This document shows positions 10,007-24,700 of a stretch of 64,000 nucleotides of DNA, piece by piece. The notes under the pieces are model-generated. The model was not told where the DNA came from, made no database searches, and saw only the letters and a list, made by a program, of their open reading frames with translations. The position numbers were made by a program, and so were the translations under genes. This DNA comes from Mantamonas sphyraenae STR306 (lineage: Eukaryota > Protista > CRuMs), in contig JAPMXV010000035.1 of the NCBI GenBank assembly GCA_026936335.1, positions 1-64,000 of the forward strand, read 5' to 3'. Position 1 is the first letter of the stretch. Each line of letters starts with the position of its first letter.

Positions 10007-13000
10007 TCACACCTCTGCCTCTTCCTCCTCCTCATCCCCCTCTCCATCTTCCACGTCATCCAATCGCTTCTTCCTCTTCTTCTTCTTCCCTTCCTTTTCA
10101 CGTCGCTCCATCTTGCGACTCTTTCTGCGCTCCCGCTTCTCCTGCGCGAGTCGTTCCCGCTCTTCCTCCAGCGCTTGCGGTCCCTTTGTCTCCGGTGCAC
10201 GCAGGTCAAACAGCCCAATCAACGCACTCTGCGCACCCTTCTCCTCCGACGACGCCGCCGTCGTCCTTCCTCCTTCTTCCGTCCTCTCTTCCTCATCCTC
10301 GCCCAGCAACCCGCGGTAAAACTCCGCAATGTCGTCCAGGTGGTCTTGATCCACTCCCTCCACCACGTCCAGTTCGATCAGATCCCCTGTTTCCTCCATC
10401 GCCTGCTTGCCCATCGTCAGTCGCCTCTTGCTCAACGTCGCCGATGTTCCTGGCGATGCGTTTGCACGACGCACCGTCGCGCCACGCTGCCTGGGCGTCA
10501 AAGTCATACCCCGCTTCACGCGCACGCTTCCCACCTTTCCCGCTGCCACGCCCGTGCCCTGCCCTCCGTTGTTCATGTACACGCTCGCGCCACGCTGCCT
10601 GGGCGTCAACGTCATTCCGCGCTTCATACGCACGCTTCCCGTCCACGGCTTGTCCGTCGCCGTCTCCGTCTCTCCCTGCACCACTCCCGCCGCCGCCACC
10701 TCCTCCTCTTCGTCCTCCTCCAAAATGGACTGAATGCGCGCAAACATCTCCGCGTCCATCTCCTCCGTGTTCATGATCATGTCTGCCACCTCGTGCACGT
10801 CCTGGTCGCGAAGCAGGCCTTCGTTGCCGTTCACAAGCGTGTTGTATCGCATGCGGGTCGTGTTCACTGCCTTGCGCTCCGTACGCTCGATCTGTTGGTG
10901 CAGCTGCTTTCGCTTCTCCCTGCTGATCGTCTGCACACGCCTGCTGCGGAAGTGGTAGTACAGGCCCACCGCCAGCGTGATCACGTTGAACGTAATCGCC
11001 ACCACCGCAAGCACAATCACTGCCTCCAAACTCGCACGCCCGCCCACAGTCGCAGGGTCTAGCTTGTCGCCCCAAAACAAAAGGCCCGTCAACAGAAGGA
11101 ACAACGAACTCATGAGACTCGCAAACTCCAGGATGTTCGCCCCTCCCGTCGCAAAGGGCCTCGCGTACAGCTGAAACTCCAGACAAAACAGGATCATCAG
11201 GAACGCAGCCACCACCTGGAACACCACGCTCTCTCCAAAGATCACACGGCACATGAACACCAGCCCTTGCGCAGCACAAGCACAACTTCCCAGAAGTAAA
11301 ACTTCTTCTTGTAGCGCAGGTACACAGAGCCCATGCGCCGCTCAAGTCGCTCGGTTTCCAGCCGGTCCCGGTTTGCGTACAGCCGCCAGAACAGGAAACC
11401 CGGAATGCCCAGGCCATACACAATCACAGCCGCGACCGTCACAGGCAGAGCCGCGTACCAATCCGAGTTGAAGCATTCGATGCTCGGCGAAGCGTCCAGC
11501 GAAAACGTCCCATCTGCCTGCTCAGTGCACACAAACATCTCCAGCGCCGTCGGTGTCACCAGCGCATACACAAGCGCCATAAAAAGCATGATTGCGTTGT
11601 ACGTCGAGTCCCAGTTCTTCATCCAGATGGCCCTAAAGTCGTAGTTGAACATGGGGAACACGCTGTCGTCCGCCCCCAGCCGGCGCTGCTTCACGCGCTT
11701 GCGCCACATTCGGTACTCGATGCGAAGTGCATCCATCGCAGACACCATCGCCTGCACCATGCACAGCGTCGCCACCATAATCCATGGCGCAACAAGCTTC
11801 AGGTACCACTTGTCCCAGTACGAAACGTCCACCACGCACTCCGGCGACGTGATTTCCACGTTGAAGTTGAACGTCGAAATCAAATCAAACAACACAACCA
11901 CCTGGTCCGGCCACTGCAGCTCGAACGAACCCAAGAGCGCCATCAGCTGCAGGTTGTTTGTCGCAATGCCCAGGAAACTCAGCTTCTTTGCCTCGGCACC
12001 AAACTTGCGCACGCCAAATGCAAACAGCACCAGCATCGACATGGCAATCGAAAACACAAGCGTCGAGTCGTCTCCGCACGGCCTGCACGTGTTCTGGATC
12101 TTGTAGTACCGCTTTGCGCACAATCCACACAGCCGACCCGTGTATCCGGTCCCGCACGTGGCTTCGCTCGACCCTCCAGGACACGCCTCCGCATTCGTGC
12201 ACTTCAGGAATTGCAGTCCCGCCTGTCCGCCCGAAGTCGCCCAGAATCCGGCCGCCGCCACAGGCTGCGCCGCTCCTCCGTCACATTTTCCTCCTGCAGG
12301 ACACGGTTGGCACGCTGTGTTTGCCTCCGCCGCCGCCGGCCTGAAGAAGCCCACGTTGCACGAGCAGTCGCCCAGCGCCGTGCTCTTTGCAGGTGCTGCT
12401 GACCCAGCCGGGCACACGGTGCACGCGTCTTCGTTCGACGAGTTGGTGTACGAGTTGCTCGCGCAGTCCGTGCACACAAAGTCGACCGTGCGCGCTGTCC
12501 CTGCCGGACAGTCTGCATAGATCGACACAGTCAACGGTTCCGCCAGCACGTCTTCCGTCCCCTGGTACTTGATCACCAGCGAGTACTGCTGGGCGCGCGC
12601 CACCTGGTACGTAAACGTGTACTGCCCGTTGTTGATGCCCAACTGCGTGTCCGACGGCGTAACAACTACCTGAGCGCCGTCCACCACCGCCGTGAAACGC
12701 ACCTGAAAGTCTCCCACCGTTCCCGTCGAAGTCAGCTTGTTGTCAAAAGCATCGATCGCCTGCAGCACAAACTGGTGTGCTCCCGACACGCGCAGCTCGC
12801 TCGGCGTATTCTTTACGCTTACCAGGCCTGGCCCGCTCACGTTGCACTTTCGCGGCAACACAGCTCCAGGCACAACCTGCAACGACAGCGAGCCCCCAGC
12901 CACGTACTCGATGTTATCCACAAACACGCGCACAGAGTACCTCCCCGCTCGCGTCTGCCCAAACACCTCGTTGTGAACCACACTCCACGGCTGCATCTTC

Positions 13001-16000
13001 TCTTCACCGCTCTCCAACAGACTCCTCCCTCCGGCTCCGGCCGCTGTCACGGCCGCTGTTTGCTGGTAAGCAAACTCGACGCGCACTCGACCCGTCGCAA
13101 GATCCAGCGCGTTGCCGAAGCGGTCAAACGTAGATACCACAACCGTGCGAGTCCCTCCTGCCACCAGGTCCGTGTCCAGCCCGCTCACCGTCGTGCCCGG
13201 TACGTGCGGCACTGGCTCGGGCAACATCGTCAACACCATCGGCGAGTTCTGCACAGGGTTCGTCGGCGTGTTGAACGACACCTGGATGCTGTACGATCCG
13301 GCCACCGTGTACGTGTGGTTCATCTTGTACACCCCCGTGCCCAAGTCGTACACTGCCACAGGCAACACCTTGCCGTCCACCAACGCACGTGCGCGGAATG
13401 TCTCCCCGCCCACCGTCCGCTTGTTTCCAAACTGGTCCCGAGCTTGCACATACGCCTCCCCCGTCTTGCCAGCCTCCACGCTGTACGTCACCGCTTGCAT
13501 CCATCTCTCCTCACGCGGCACGGCCACCAAGTCCACAAACGACTGCGCCGCGCGCGCCAAGTCCGGCGACACCACAAGTTGGCCCGCAGTTCCCACCTGC
13601 TCAAACGTACCTTTGATGTCCGCCTCTACAGTCACTGTGTATCTTCCCGCAACCGTTAGATCGGTCGCCACCATGTTGTACACGCCCACCGTCGTTTGCG
13701 CCGTTGTCGTCAACGTCTTTGTCACGTTCCTGCTCGGCAGCGAGTACCGCACCCGGAACACATCGGTGCCCTCCGTGCGCACATTCCCGTATGCATCGCG
13801 AGACACCAACGACACCATCTGCGCTTCAGTTGCCCCTGCCACCAGCCCGTTCGACAGTTGATTCCCAACGATCACGCTCATCGTTGCGTTCAACTCGTTG
13901 TTCACAATCGCCACTTCCAGCCCATTGTTTGGTGCGCGCCCAAGCACACCCATTGGGTCAAACTTCCCGTCTGGAGGCCCCTCTCCACGGAAATCCATCG
14001 CCACGCGTGCGCTGCCAACCTTTGGCCACGACCACCGCATCGTCTCCACCACCGCGCCATTCACCACAGAGCGCACCGCGGCCACGAAAAAGGTCGTTTC
14101 TGCGCCCGTTCCACCACCTATCGCTGGTACAGTCACCCTCAGCTGCGTCGCCATGCCGCTCACCGCCTCGATCGAGTTGCCAAACTGATCCCGGATCTCC
14201 ACCTCGTGCACGTTTTCCACACCGGCCACCGCCACCGCCGTTCCCACTGTAGGCACTGAACGGTACCCACTCCACCTCTGCGTAAACTCCGCCGTGCTCG
14301 GCACCCCTGGAAGCATGCGAAACGTGACCGGCGTGTCTGCAAACTCGGTGACCACGCCAGTGGCCCCGTCACGTACGCTCACACTCAGGTCGTACACGCC
14401 GGCCACCCTCACGCGCATTGGAAGCAGGTAGTTTGACGTCGTGCTGCCCGTCGTGATTGTCTCGTTCACCTCCGTCATTGCTGCATTTCGTGCAATTGCC
14501 CGAAACACAATCTGGCCGTTCGCGCGAAATGGGTTCCCAAACAGATCGCCCACTGTCACGTTCAGCGTCACCAGTGCGTCCACACTCCTGTTCACCTGCG
14601 TATTCAGGTGCAACACGCTGTGGCCGCCGTCAGCGCGCGCACCAACAACCTCGATCGTCTGCTGCCGCACCACAATTGCCGCATTCATCAAAGGATAGAA
14701 CAAGCCTTGCACCATGTTGTACTCGCCCACTTGCGTCAGCGTCGTGTTTCCTTGTAGCAGGCCGCTCCCGTCCACCGTTACGTTGATCGCCGTTGCCGTC
14801 TGTGCCGCCAGCCCGTTCGACGTGCGATATGGCCGCTGAAAAGGAACCACTCCTCCGTTGGTGTACTTGACCACGTTTCCATACCGGTCGCGCATCCTCG
14901 CAAGCCCGCCGATTGGCGAACCTGCGCTCCACTCCAGCTTCCCTGCGTCCCCACCGCCTCCTCCACCACCAGCACCACCAGGATTGCTAAACCGCAGGCT
15001 CATCTCCGTCGTCGTTTCGTTTGCCACGCCTGGTGCAACCGTCACGTTCACCCAGTTGCCCTTCTCCGGCGGTCCGGCAATGTTCCCGCCCGACGGCGGC
15101 CCCAGCGTAAAGTTCAACCGGTACTCGCCCGCCCGTCGCACCGGGATCTCAAATCCAAACACTGCATTGCCCGCCGAAATAAACTTGGTCTCGTTGAAAA
15201 ACACGCGCACCACCGTCCCGTCGTTCCAATCCACAAACGAGATCAGCGGTTGACTCTCCTGCGCCTCCTCCATCAGCACGCGGTTCCCAAATACGTCTCG
15301 TGACACCACCCATAGGTTCACTGTTTGGTCTGCCGTCACCTCGCGCGTCACATTCAGCACTTCAGACTGTTTCGCGTTGGACAAGCCCGTGCTGCGAAAC
15401 TCCAGGTTCGCCTCCACGCCCGTGTACACCCCGCCAAGGTAGACCCGCACTGTGTATGCTCCACGGCGCCATGCCTTGTAGAACAAACGCTGCCCTGCAA
15501 TCGACACTCCAACCAGCCCTGGGTCCGATTCAACCCAAAACTCAAACTCGCTCGGCCCACTCTCTACCCCCACAGAGAACAACGCCCCCGGAGGTGCTCG
15601 GTTACCAAATGCGTCCCTAGCTTTGCACAGAAGCACCGAGGACGTCTGGTTTGCCGCAAGCGTCGTGTTTCCTCCCGTCACCGACGATAGCAAAGCCACA
15701 GCCGGGCCAGGAACCACGCGCACCGAGTCTGCCAGCGTCGCCACAACCTCCACCCCATGCCGGATGGTCATCACTATGTACTCGCTCCCTTGGGGCTCGT
15801 CCGTGCGTGCCGTGTCGCTCAACGTCGAACGTGTCAGGTTGCATCGCAGACCAAGAAGACCTGCTTGCGGCCCGACAACTCGGTACCACTTGCAGTCAGG
15901 CTCGTTCGCCAGCTGGCCCGTAAAATCCTCCTCCACCGCAACGCTAGAGTTTGTCACGTTATTGCCAAACTCGTCACGTAGCTGCAACAGCACAGGCGTG

Positions 16001-19000
16001 AACGGAACTCCTGCCGTCGCCTCGCGCTCAATCTGCATCACAAGCGTCTGACTCGGCACATATGGCGCCGCGTTGCAATGCAACGTCTTGCCACTCACAC
16101 TCAGTGCCCCCACTGGTTCAAACACCCCTGCGCTCGTGTTGCGCATCACACGCACAGTGTGGTCCAACGTACGGTTCACGCGATACTTCAACACAACCAC
16201 ATCCTGGCCAAGCTCCACGCTCGTGGCCACGTACGCTCCGGAAAATACATGCACGTGGCCGTCGCTCACGCGTGTCACCTCAAGCACAAGGCGGGAAATG
16301 ACCAGCGTGCTCTCTGCCGTCCCTGCGCTCACGCTCAACGCGTTGCCGTACGAATCCCGAGGTACGAGCACCACAAAGTTCTCTACACCAACTTCGCATC
16401 GATCCGTGCCACCGCCCGTCACCAACCACTCGCGCTCGTCACTCGTTTCCGCTTGGATCGTCACCGGCACGCTCCCCTGCTGCGGCGTCTGCCCATCCAG
16501 CTCAAACACCAGATTCACACCCGTCACAGCTCGCGTGATGTTCACACGGTACAAAAGCACGCCCTCACCCATGTCGCTAACCGTATAGTTCACAGGCGCC
16601 CCGCTGCTCAACTTGACCGCAGGCATCCCTGGTGCTCCCTGCGTCGTGTACCGCCGGTTGCCAAACTTGTCCCGCCACACCAGCTCCGCCTCGATCAACT
16701 CTCCCGCGTCGCGCGTCAGCGGCAGGTTGTAGTACTGCATCGTCGACGTGTTCACCTGCGCCGCCGCAGGCACAACACGGAAGAACATGGGGTAGCCCAC
16801 CATGTACACCGTCGTTCCGTTCACCGTTGTTTGTGCCTTCATCTTCCACGCTCCCGTGCTGTTCAGCGGCACATAAGACAGACGCACCGTGCCGTTTGCC
16901 AACCCCTGCACCTGTGGCGTCACCTGGAAATACTCCGTTGCTACAGAGTCGTTCACCGGTGTGCCAGGGAGCACAGGCGTAAAGCGATACAGCTCGGGCA
17001 CAAACCGGTTCGCAAGCGCGATGTATGACGACGCACTCGCCAGCCTGTTCCCATACTTGTCTCGCAACACAAGCTTCGTTTCCACCTCTGTCCCTGCAAC
17101 GGTTTCGCCGATGGCAGGTGCCAACGCGGCACTCGTCTCTGCGGCCGCGATCTCCAACGGCGCCACGATCACAGGCAGCGTTCCGTTCTGCACCTCTGTG
17201 CCGTTGATCACAATCCGCAGCATGTAGTTGCCCGCAACAGTCCTCTTGAATCCGGCCACAGCCACGCCCTCGCCTGCATCATTCTGCGCCCCGTGGTTGA
17301 TCCCGCCGTCCAGTGTCCGCTTCCCAGCCACACCCACCAGCTCTGCATATGTGTTTGCAGGCAGCTCAGACGGGTGTTGCAGCGACACCACGTTTCCAAA
17401 CGCGTCACGCAGATGCACAACAAATGGGTTCAGCTCCGCTCCTGCACGCGCCACAGGAGGCACCTCGCTCACGTTGCTGTACACATACGATGTGCTGCCC
17501 ACAGCCACGTTGGGACTCACCTGCACCGACGGCAGGTTTACAGGCACCACCGAGCCACCCATCTTCAGCACCACCGTGTGCAGGCCTGTTTTCAACAGCA
17601 CCGGTGCCGGAAACACCACGTGTCCGTTGTCCTGCGTGCCAGACACAATCACCTGCTCGCTCGCACTCGTCACCTCCAGCTTTGGGTTCAGCGACGTAAA
17701 CGTCGACCCAGAAACAGGTGCATCCAGCGGGTTTCCGTAGATGTCCCGCAGCTGGAAGCGTGCGACGCCTCCCACCGCCACCCCTGCGATGCTGTTCGGT
17801 GCCAGCGTGCTCACCACGCTCGTCAGGGTTTCGTTCACCGCACCCACAATCGTTTGCACTGTCACGATGTCCACCAGCGACTCCACCAACAGCCCAACCT
17901 TGTGTGTCCCTGTGGTTGTCGGCAGTTGGTATTGCAGCCGGTATCGACGCGGCACCACCGACGACAGCGTCTCGATGGCCACAATCGGCAGTGTCTGCGT
18001 CCACTGCGTCTTCTCCTGACTCACGTTAAACAGTGCCACTTCTACATACTCAGGGAGCGATGTGTTGCACTGGCCGTAGCTGTTGTGCGCAACCACATCA
18101 AACTGCCCCACCGAGCCCACCGTGCCCTGCTGCGTCGGCTCTCCAAACACAGTGTACGTGCCGCAAAACAGGTCCAGGTTGTTCACACGCACGTCCACCG
18201 TTTGGCTTGTGTTTGTCATGTTGCCTCCAATGCACACCCCACTACCCGGCAGTTGCATCGTCGTGTTCCAAACAAGCACCTGCGCGCTGTTTGTCAGCGT
18301 CACACGCCCGTCCGTCACATGAAACAGCACAGACACTGCAGGCGTGTTCGGCGGCGTGTTCACATGTCTCTTGTACGGCTCGTCCACAATCACAGGCATC
18401 GAAACGCCACCCACACGCATCCATACGCGCACTCGCCCTTCTTGCAGATTCACTTCCGTCACAAGGCCCTCTTGGCACGAAGCGCTTGCCCCAACCACAA
18501 CCACAAAGCCTGTTTGGTTGCTCGTTGCCACCAGAGTGGAACGCACAGCATACTCCTTCAGCGATTGATGCCCAAACCCCATCACCGCCACTTCTCCGAG
18601 TGCGCGCTCCGTTCCGTTGATGCGCAGGCGCAGTTGCCCCGTGGTTACGCCGTTGTTGGTGATACTCTGCACATCCCAATCCTTTGTTCGCGACGCAGGC
18701 ACAGGGTTGCCCAGCGGCAGGTTTCCAGACGCTGGATCATACACCAGCGAAAGCAGCTTATACGGCCTCTCCAGCGCAGGCGGCCACGCGTAGATCATCG
18801 CCGGTGTTTCCGTCTTGACAATCAACGGGCCTTTGATCGCGCTGTATGGGAAGGTCGGCTGCGCGAGCGCGCGCACAAATGGCGCGCCTACAGCCTTGAA
18901 GTTGTTGCCAAACTGACTGAGGGTTGTCAGAGAGAAATTGCTCACCAGCACAGAGTTGATCGACACCAGCACCATCTTTCCGTCCGATACCACGTTCACG

Positions 19001-21639
19001 TGGCTTTCCTTGTCCTTGTACATGTTTGCGTCCGCGAGGCTCACGCACGAGCTGCTCCGAGAAACCTCCACGTTCACGGCGCTGGTGTTGATGCTCTCCT
19101 GAAAACACACCGATCCCGACGTCGATCCCGTGTGTTGGATCACCACTTGTGCCACCAAGTCGCTGTCCTCCTCGCAACCGTTTGCGAAAAGGCCCACCGT
19201 CAGTGAATTGCGGTACGGCAGGTAAAACTCCATGTCCACCGCGCCCAGATCGCTGCCCATGGTCATGCAACTGTCAGACCCTGGTGATTGCAAGTAGCTC
19301 ACCGAGTTGTTCGTCACCTTGCGCCACGCATCCAGGGACGAGCTCGGGGTCACGCCCAAAAGCTGCAGAAAGTACAGCCGGTCGAACGGATCGAGCGACA
19401 ACTGTTCCGTGGGCCCGCTCACGGGATTTCCGCCGTGCGCAGTGTTTGTCAGAAACACTCTTGCACTTGCAACGGGTCGCGAATCCGCATGATGCATGCG
19501 CCTGTGGCGTACGCCGTGGATCGCAAGCTTGAAATCCGCGCGTACGGCCCTGACAGTCCCCCAGCTTGCATGGCTTCAAACGTGTTGCCACTAAAATCAA
19601 TCCTAAACACTGTCTTGCTGGTGTCGTCCAAATTGACCAGATTCGACGTCTTGTTTCCTGCAGGCGTACGCACCTGCCAGTACGCGTGGTACTTGTTGCT
19701 GATCACACACTGAACACGGAAAAAGACGCCATACAGACCATTCTTGCTCGTACGCACACCAATTTCCACTAACGGATCCGGACTTATGCTCGGTGCCCGT
19801 CGGCATGTTCCTTACGTTGATCCGCAGCGTCGCCGATTTCACTGCGTCCGGGCCGAATTGGACGTAAACACCCGCCGGGTCGGTGAACCCTGCAGTGTTC
19901 TTGAGCTTCTGCGGGTCTCCAGCGTCGATCTGGAGTCGTGCTTGGTCGCCGCCCAGCGCTGTGATGGCCCTGGCAGTAAACGCACGGTTCCACGAGTCCG
20001 AGTTCGTCATGGGCATCTTCCAAACCTCGTCCTCCCCATACAAAGACAAAGAGTCCACGTGCGCTCCCATCAACGATCCAGACCCGACGTTGATGGCGCT
20101 GAAGCGCGCCACACGTGCCCTTTGCACATTTGCCAAGCCCGAGCCCGCCAAGGTGAACCCCACCGAGCCCTTGTCATAGCTCCCTGCCGACCCGGTGTAC
20201 TCCAACAACACTTGCATGTTCTCGTTCGGGCCCACAATCACGGAAAAGTGTTGGCCACGCGCCACGAGGCGCAGGTACAGCCCGTCCGCGGGCGCCACGT
20301 ACCTACAGTTCGACATGTAGTCGTCCATGTTGTGTGTCACCTTTCCCAGACACACGAGAAAGTCGGGGTTGGTTCCAGTGTCACCCAGCTTCCAGATACG
20401 AGCCCCAATGGCATCCACCGCCGCTGTCTGCACCGACATCTGATTGCGCACAAACACCTGTGCCTTGTCCGCCCGCGCCGCTTTGCCTCCGTTTCCCGCG
20501 GAGAACTGCACCACTGCCATCACATCCGTCAGCTCTCCGTCACCAAAAATCATGCTCGCCAATGCTGCGCCTCCGCTCTGGCACTGAACGCCGATCTCTC
20601 CGTCTACGTTGTCAATCGCGAAATCAGACCCCACACGTACAAGCAAGCCCGTAAACCCGCCTGCGACTTGCGAGGTAAAATTCTGATCCACAATGTAATC
20701 CCGTTGCACTGCGATGCACTCGCGTGTCAGCGGTCGGTTACAGGGTTACACGGCGGTTTCTCCGCCTGAAACCGCCGAGCGGGCGTTTCGCGCGCAAAGA
20801 AACGCCCCGCGTCAACGCTTCCCCCGTCTGCCACTGCACACACACCTACCTGTTGCATATGGGAACTGTGGGGCTTGTGGAGTGGTACTGTATGCCACGT
20901 TTGTCACGTGCGTGTCCACATCAAAGAAGCGCAGCCAGTGGTAATAGTCCGGAAAGGTGTACCCGTCCAGGGGAACGCGCATCACACGCACGTTTTCAAA
21001 GTAAAGCTCAAGCACCTTGGTGCTTCCCAGACCCGTAAACGCAATGGACACATTGGCTGGCCCCGACGGGCTCGCAGGCACGTTTGTCCCGTTGTAGTCC
21101 ACCAGCGACGATACAATACGCGGTACCGGATTTGCTCCTGCCTCCGCAAAGGCCACTGTGTTGTCCTTCCACCGAAACTCCACCATCACCGAGTCGTTAA
21201 ACATGCGGAGCTCAAAACCTTGGTTCGGCCACGAAAGCGCTGCACCCTCGATCTTGGGGTACAACGTGAAGCTGATCATCCCACCTGTAAAGTTTGTCGG
21301 CGTAAGAAGCATCGAGGTGTCCGAGTTCTTGGCCCTCACCAAACAGTATCCCATGTGAGAGGCCAGCTGAAACTGCCCTCCACTCTGAGGCATCAGCCAC
21401 TTTGGCACATCCGAGCCTTGTGTGAAACGGCCGCATGTGCTGTTGTCGCAAGCCTTGTATGGCGAGAGCAGAGCCTGACACCCGCCCGCGCAATCCGCTG
21501 TCCCGTTTCCCTGTGGAGGGCACATGCCGCCGCTTCCTTGTTGTCCTTGAGCCTGTACGCCGCCACAAAGGCTTAGGCTCACCGCAAGGAGTGCCGTGCA
21601 CACTACAATCAGGTTCCGTGTGTGGCTCACCACTTTCAT
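10007..21639 (-). CDS. Giant (~3,800 aa) membrane protein: signal peptide, beta-sandwich domains, many filamin/Ig-like repeats, Cys-rich (GCC2/GCC3-like) region, multi-TM domain, cytoplasmic tail
   Basis: Four to five ORFs joined by one intron (~20710-20849) and three apparent frameshifts (~19790, ~19475, ~11265); recurring RDxxGN motif; CPAG/C-x2-C repeats; YFWEVVLVLRK and YARPF TM motifs. Confidence 0.8.
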
Positions 21640-21701
21640 TCGAAGGTTTGTTTGTCTTTGGTGCGACGTCGCGCTGTGCTGCTCATTCACCCCACATCAC
21701 A

Positions 21702-24700
21702 TCATGCTGTCACAAAGAAGGTGCGGATGTTCTTGGGCGTCATCAACAGCTTGGTCGGGTCCACATCGGAACCGTGCAGCATAGTCGCCGGCTGCAACTC
21801 CATCATCTTCACGTGCTCCTCCGGCACCGCATGCGGCGCCTCTGCCACCTTGCCCGTCCTGTCCTGCACCTCCTCCGACGATGCCTGCCACTGCCAGCGC
21901 TGCATGTCTCCAGCGTCCAGCACCGCCGACAGCGAGCGCTCCGAGAGCGACGCCACGCTCGCAAAGCCAAACGTGTCCACCAGGTTCACGTACACCGGAC
22001 GCGACAGCACTGCATGCTCGCCAGCCTCGTACATGTGAAACAGACGCACCACGTTCACGTTGTTGCTTCCGTTCCAGGTCTTGAGCGACAGCAGGTGCAC
22101 GTTGTCCGGCATCTCTGCCTTCAGCGCCGCATACGTAGTCTCATACCCGCTGCCCGACGCAAACAGGTCCTGCTCCGTCACAAACATCGTCGGCTCAAAG
22201 TTCATGCGCAGCGAAGCCTTGTGACGCAGCTCTGCGCTGCGCTCGACCGTGTCCACAATCAGGTTCAGACGCGGGCGCACCATGCTCTGGTCATCCATCG
22301 GCAGCGACTCGCCACGGTTGTCGTCACGACCCTCGCGGCGATGAAGCATCACCTCCAGCTCGCCGTTCTTCTGCAACGACGCACCGTGGCCCCGCTCAGA
22401 CAGCACCGTGAATTGCGCTCCCGCGCTGTTGTTCATGTACACCGTGTTGATCATCGGGTAGTAGTTGCCCGGGATCGGCAGCAGGGCGTCCTTGTTGTAC
22501 ACACGCTTCTGCATCTGGTATCCGTTGTCGTCCGTGTAGTATTCGCTCTGCACGTCCATGTCCGTCACGTAGCGCGTGATCAGCGACCGGTTGATGTCCA
22601 GCGGACCCACACGGTGCTCCACCTCCACTTCGGCCTCCACAAACTCGGCTCCCGGGGCATTCGAGTGCGACGACGGCAGCACAAACATGCGGTACACCTG
22701 GTAGTGAGTCTCGTCAAACTTCTGGAACACCTGCTGCACGAGCGGACCCTGCACCAAGCCCACGCTTGCCACAGGGTTGCCGTTCAGCACAGAATGCGCA
22801 GGTCCGTCAGGGCGGAAGATGTAGTTGCCCGACGCCTGCCCAAACCCGCTGTATGCGTGGTACTCATAGTACTCCTGCGTCAGCTGCACGTTCACGCTGC
22901 TCTTCATGTTGTTCAGGTCGCTGATGAGACCTGTCAACCCGCTGAATGTCGCGTTGTACACGCCGTTCTTCAGCGTAAAGTCACCTGTGCTCGCGCCCAG
23001 GCTCACGCTCTGCACGTCGGCCCACACCGCCTCGCCGTTCTGCGACGTCGCGTGCGCCTCCACCTTGTACGTGGTGTATCCCATCGGCGGCAGCGTCACC
23101 AGGAAGAACAGGTTGTTCAGCTTGTGCGACGACGTGCTCTCGGGCGCAGGCGACAGCTGCGCGGGCACGGCGTTGCCCTGTGCGTCCGTCACCACCACGT
23201 GCTTGGTGTCCGAGCTCACGTTCACCGCCATGTACCGAGTCACAGACCAGCCCAGCGGGTTCTGCAGCACAACAAACTGCGGCTTGCCGAGCACGGGCGT
23301 CACCTTCTTCTCAAAGTACGTGCCCTGCTGCACCGCCACGCTGGCCGGGCTCGATCCACCCAGCAGGGCGTCGATGGCGTCCGATGCCGTCTTGTCTGCT
23401 GCCGCCGTGCCAGCTGCCAGGTGCTCCATGTACATCTCGGCCACGTTGGGGCGTTCCGTACCCGTGATGGCGTCGTGGTGCTGGGCCTCGCCCTGCGCCT
23501 GACGCAGCATGTCCAGGTTTGTAAACATGTCCGGGCTGGCCTTCAGCTTGCCGCCCATCGTGGCTACGGCGTACAGCGAGTCGGCTGTGCGCAGCACGTT
23601 GTCCCGCGAACGAGCGTAGCCCTTGAGCAGGTTGCGCGACGTAAAGTAGCCCGTCCAGAACGACTGTGCGTTGTCGTCGTACGGGAAAAAGTCCGTCGAG
23701 TCGCGCACAGGCCAGCTCAGGTTGGTCTTGTGGATAGCGTCAAAGTAGTCCGACAGCGTTGCGTAGCGCAGGTGGTACTGCGGGTAGTTGGCGTTCATGT
23801 AGTCGATCAGCTTGTCCATGTTGTCAAACATGGCCGTGCTGTTGAAGAACTGAAAGTCGCAGCCAAACGGCCACAGCAGGTGCGGCGTACGGAACCACGC
23901 TGCGCGCTGCTTGATGTTGTCTGCCATCATACTGGCCACATACTGGATGTTGTACTTGTCCAGCGGTGTCGACGGGTTGCGGTTGTCCGGGTTCGGGTCG
24001 TCCGAGCCGTCCCAGTACACGCCGATGTTGAACGGCGAGCAGTAGCTGTACTGGTCCATCAGATGCGTAAAGATCTCCTGCTGCTTGCCAAGCGACGGGT
24101 TGGCGCGCCAGATGAACTGCATGTGCTGGTCTGTCTGCATCTGCGCCTTCTTCTGAAAGTCGATGCGCGAGATGATGTGTGCGTCAAAGCCCGTCATGGC
24201 AAACTGCGTCGGCGTGAACGACGCCGCTCCAAACGGGTCCACCTGGAAGCTGAATCGCGGCGTCACACCAAATGTGTCCTGGATGAACCGGTGGCCCTCT
24301 TCCATCTGATTGATGTCTGCGATGTAGTCCGTGCACGCCTCGTCCTGCATCACCCAACCGCCAATGGTAAATTCCCAGCGGCCTTCGGCAATCAGCTGCT
24401 TCACCTGCTGCTGCTGCTGCTGCGTCGCGTTGCCCCACCAGCGCATAAAGAACGCCCTGTGTGTGTGGTGAGTGTCATCGTGTGTGCCATCCGTGTGTCA
24501 GCTTCCCGTCCGCACAACTTCTTGGTCACGTGGCACGCCTGTACACGCGGTGGAAATGCGCCGCAACCCTTTAGCCACGCACACGCCTCCACACATCCCC
24601 GGCTGGCAGATGAGCCCAGTAGAGCCCACACAGCCTTGTGCCCTCGTCCTCTCTTTCTCTCCGCACACAAACTGCTACAGCAGCCGCGTGGCTTTTGCAG

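Noticed and set aside
19760-19820. Tiny GT-AG intron (gtaagg...) explaining the frameshift; likewise at 53133
   Set aside because: Available acceptors give lengths (27, 33, 47; 12, 18, 27 nt) that do not restore the needed frame
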